64,000 nt of DNA from Chrysomallon squamiferum (taxonomy: Eukaryota; Animalia; Mollusca): assembly GCA_012295275.1 (NCBI GenBank), contig CM022665.1:5642001-5706000 (forward strand). The letters are read 5' to 3'. The translations under genes were made by a program, and so were the position numbers. Below, piece by piece: positions 60,301 through 64,000 of the stretch. Under the pieces are notes generated by a model. That model searched no databases and had not been told where the DNA came from. It saw only the letters and a list, made by a program, of their open reading frames with translations. The first letter of the stretch is position 1. Each line of letters begins with the position of its first letter.

Positions 60301-62008
60301 ATCTGTTTCAGAACCACTACCTGTGACAAATCTAACAGCTTCGCCTGAAAACACTGACACCATCATTGTACAGTGGTCATCGCAACCACATAGCCAACAA
60401 AATTACTTCATAGTATGTATAACCATAGCACATGCATTAAATATATTATGATATTAAAATATAGATCTGATACAAACAGGTAGATTCATATATGATTCCA
60501 GATATTTTATTTTTAAAGGATATCTTCAATCGTACATCAGAATATCATTATTAACTTTCTGTCTGTTAAACTATTTACATGTAATATACATACAAAATAT
60601 TTTGTCTTTATCTTATACTCAGTTCCTTAACTAGTTTATAAATGAAGATGGTATGTCTGTGGTATTAATTCATCTGTTCATCCATCCATCCATCCATCCA
60701 TCCATCCATTGTTTCATTCAGTCATTTATTTATTTTATTACTAATCAGTAATTGTTTCAGTTTTCAGATACAAAGCTGATCTCTGTATCTGTATAGTACC
60801 TATGTATCGACACAAGTATTTTAAATAAAAATGTTTCAGGTGATCTATGAAAGTCATGGACAGTCTAAGAATACGGATGTTCAGTTTGTTAATGGTACAA
60901 CACAGTACCAGAAACACCTACAGCAACTTCTCAGTGGATACACGTACACCATCTCCATCATAGCTGTGAGGTACATACAGAATGACAAGTCAGAAAGTGA
61001 TGTAATGGTTGTCAGTGCTACCACATGTAAGTGTCTTTGTGTATAAGTATATATATATATATAATGTATAACAAAGATATTTTTAATAACAGGATTTATA
61101 GAAAGTGTTAAAATCCTTTTCGAACTATTGAGTGAGGCCATTTATAGTTGAAACAAGGTAATACTACTGTATATTTGGAATAAAACTGACAAAGAAAAAG
61201 AAATGTGGTTTGAAATATTAAATTTTTTTTTTTTTTTTTTTTTACTGTTACATTTTATTGAGAGGATGAGAAGTATTGTCTTGATTCAGAATATTGATAA
61301 CAAAATAATAAAATAATAATTTCCAGACCCCAAGCCAGTGTTGAACTTGATTGCCAATACAACAGGAACAAATCTGACACTGAAATGGGAAACACACGGA
61401 TCTGACAGCAAACAGGATCACTTCCAGGTGGATTACAGGCCCGTGCTACGTAACAGCACGTCGACATTCCTTCATAAGAACGTCACCCAGTCTCCAGTCA
61501 CCTTACTGGAACTGTTCCCAGGAGAAATGTACAAAGTGTTTGTCTACGCTGTCAGTGGGAATATGACAAGCTCAGGGACATCAACCAATGCTACAATCGG
61601 TAAGAAGTCAGTGGATCAGTTAATGGTCAATCAGTATATTAATTAGTCATAAGCTGAAATACACTTGGATCCACTCTCAGTTTAAGAATGGTTATCTTGG
61701 CTAAACAGTCCAAACACTAGGATTTTCTCATGATACCATACGATTAATCTTAGTTTTAATATATTAAAGAGAATATTATTTCCTTAATATTGAATCACAA
61801 AATGTGGTTAACTGGTAGCATAAAGGATATTTAAATTTACATTATTTTGCAACAGATTGAAAAAAAAAAAACATATTATGCAACCTTTTTTTCATACAAC
61901 AAGTTATGATTTCTAAATTGCAAATGGATGGTAATTAAACTAAGAGTTGAACAGAAGTGACTGAATTAAGAAAGAAATATCTGCTTTACTTTAATAGAAG
62001 TATCATAA

Positions 62009-62040
<32 letters not shown>

Positions 62041-62441
62041 CTCTAGCACCACTACCACCATCAAATGTGCACATTATTGAAGAGAATACAACATCGTCGT
62101 CACTAACAATGGGCTGGACATACGACTTGGAAAACACATACACTCAGAAGTGGCTTCTCCATTACTCTAACGATTCCTTCCAGTCGGTAGGCAAGATCCT
62201 GGAGCAGCCTGGTGACACTGAAAAGCTGAAGTACGTTTTCAGTGATCTCCTGCCTGGAGGTCTCTACAGAATTGATATTCAGAGTAAAGTGAAAAAACAA
62301 GTATCAGAAAGGATTGTTGTTAACGGAACTGTCAGTAAGTGTAATTTCATAAATTGATGTTGTTGTTGTTGTTAGTTTTAGTTTCATTACTATTAAGTGT
62401 TATTGTTGCTGGTATTATTTTTTGTTGTTCTTGTTACTCCT

Positions 62442-62500
<59 letters not shown>

Positions 62501-62751
62501 TGTTAAACAGTACCTTGTATTTATATTTTTATTATCATTATTGAATTATTTATTGTTATATTACTGTTGTTGTTTTTGTATGTAGTATTGCATACCTGTA
62601 TATATTAGAATGTGATCAGATACATTAAATATTGTTCATTTTAGTTCAGATTCAGTGATTCTTTGAAAAGACTTTACCTTTAATTTTCCTTTTAAAAAGT
62701 TTTAACCCCATCTGCACAATTCATTTATTAACTGCATTACTTATTAATTGC

Positions 62752-62811
<60 letters not shown>

Positions 62812-62813
62812 TT

Positions 62814-62848
<35 letters not shown>

Positions 62849-63927
62849 TATCAATGTTGAATTAATCATTATATTTTATTTATTTTTTATTGTTGTTGCT
62901 GCTGGTATTGTTGTTGACATGTAGCCACATAACAGTCAAACACTTATGTTATAATGTTACAGAACCAGTAGTAAACACAGTGATCACAGAAAACGTAAAA
63001 CTAACCACCAACAACACCATCGTCTTCTCCTACACCGTCACAACCACAGACCTCTTTGACAAGTTCAGATTTTCTGTGGCCAACAACAGCAACATCCCTC
63101 CAGTGTACAAACTGAAATCTGACACTGACCACAGTGTGTCCTTTGTTGGCCTTGCTGGTGGATCTGTGTACATGATTGAGACTGTGACAGAGATTCGTGG
63201 CCAAATCAGTGAACCTCAAAATGATTTGATCAGGACAGGTGTGTTGTTGTTGTTGTTTCTGGTCTTCTTATTTTGTTTTATAATTTAATTTTTTTGTTTT
63301 TGTTTGTTACGTTTTGTGTTTTCAGTTACTATTTATTTCTTATTTCTTATTATAACTTTTTTTATAACCATCTACTTTTTAATTATTTATGATGTTTTTA
63401 TGACTTATTTACTTTTTGGTTATTATTACTTTTGAAAAAATGTCTTTCTTTTTATTTATTTATCATTTTGTTTTTATTTATCTATTTTGTTTATTGTTCT
63501 TTTTGAATTCATTCTTTTATATTTTTAATTACATATATTTATTTATGCATTCATTCATTCATTTATCTAAAATAATGTTTTGTTAATTTAATTTGTTTTA
63601 ATTATTATTTACTTACTTACTATTTTTATTTATCTAACATTGTTATTGTTTATTTATTTCCAGTTCCAAACACTGTACCTCTGGAGTTTTCAACTACAGC
63701 CAACACTGTGGTGATTACATTTGGGGTGTTGCAGGGTCATGCAGAGAAGTATGTTGTGCGGTGTGATAAAGAAGGATCGTCATGTTGGAACCAGGAATAC
63801 AGTGTCACCACACCACAGGCCATTATCAGTAACCTAATGCCTTTCACAGAGTACACCATCATAGTTCTGACAGTGTCTGGAAGAAAGGAGAAAACAGAGA
63901 CACTGAAAGCTAAAACAAAACCAGCAG
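25408..63927 (+). CDS. Large FN3-repeat cell-surface protein, probably R3-type receptor tyrosine phosphatase (Ptp10D/PTPRB/PTPRQ-like); 5' part only
   Basis: 20 in-phase GT-AG exons: 25408-25452, 45897-46182, 47834-48115, 48966-49054, 49618-49798, 50441-50707, 51318-51584, 51899-52025, 52703-52830, 53298-53564, 54935-55210, 57081-57234, 58255-58290, 59790-59923, 60312-60412, 60840-61026, 61327-61599, 62047-62334, 62963-63238, 63664-63927 (about 1309 aa). The signal peptide MQCLSLVCVLAVILQ|IQLSIA is followed by 14 tandem FN3 domains (P..P.N, W, L.PG..Y motifs), mostly bounded by phase-1 introns and rich in N-glycosylation sequons. No TM or PTP domain is in the window, so the phosphatase assignment rests on architecture alone. 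Confidence 0.88.
26041..26112. repeat. (CA)n microsatellite
   Basis: About 29 perfect CA units plus a degenerate tail. Confidence 0.95.
27392..27457. repeat. Perfect 66-bp palindrome AAA(TAA)10/(TTA)10TTT
   Basis: Head-to-head AAT/ATT microsatellite with no spacer. Confidence 0.9.
28921..28958. repeat. (GAT)n microsatellite
   Basis: Direct reading. It explains the poly-Asp in ORF 28752..28973. Confidence 0.9.
29220..29287 (-). mobile_element. Degenerate tRNA-derived SINE head (Pol III A/B boxes)
   Basis: The minus strand reads GCTGTGGCTCAGTGGTAGAG (A box TGGCTCAGTGG, 29283-29273) and GGTTGGATTCC (B box with 1 mismatch, 29230-29220). There is no intact cloverleaf. Confidence 0.5.
32713..32797. 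repeat. Interrupted (CA)n microsatellite
   Basis: Direct reading. Confidence 0.95.
41751..41871. repeat. (ATT)n microsatellite
   Basis: About 40 units with few interruptions. It explains the poly-Leu/Ile ORFs. Confidence 0.95.
44915..45022. repeat. Compound (CTT)n(ATT)n microsatellite
   Basis: Direct reading. It explains the poly-Phe/Leu ORF. Confidence 0.95.
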
Positions 63928-64000
63928 GTACTAGTGTAGATTTCAAAATTTATTTAAAATATTTGTTTGATTTTTTTTTTGATAACAATATCTAAACTTT

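Overview
AT-rich, microsatellite-dense eukaryotic (animal, probably lophotrochozoan/mollusc-like) genomic DNA with GT-AG spliced genes. Most ORF-track entries are microsatellite noise or exon fragments. Reading exons by hand gave four well-supported protein-coding genes. (1) A complete 8-exon Pi-class glutathione S-transferase on the minus strand (7773-12673, 209 aa, start codon split A|TG by intron 1). (2) An intronless 367-aa orphan on the minus strand (14208-15311) with a signal peptide, furin site, 12 Cys and a GPI-like tail. (3) A complete 7-exon biliverdin reductase A-like gene on the plus strand (16445-21727, 298 aa), which appears to have Glu where characterised BVRs have the catalytic Arg. 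(4) The 5' part of a large fibronectin type III repeat surface protein on the plus strand (25408 to beyond the window; signal peptide plus 14 FN3 domains, R3 receptor tyrosine phosphatase-like), with a 20.4-kb first intron and a 36-nt two-cysteine micro-exon. A probable first coding exon of a fifth gene runs off the left edge on the minus strand. Also present are a short retroposed insertion with a 17-bp target-site duplication, a tRNA-derived SINE head, a degenerate MITE-like element and a degenerate minisatellite. There are no prokaryotic features, CRISPR arrays or rRNA, and no intact tRNA was seen. Comparisons to human or other proteins are from recall, not from a database search.
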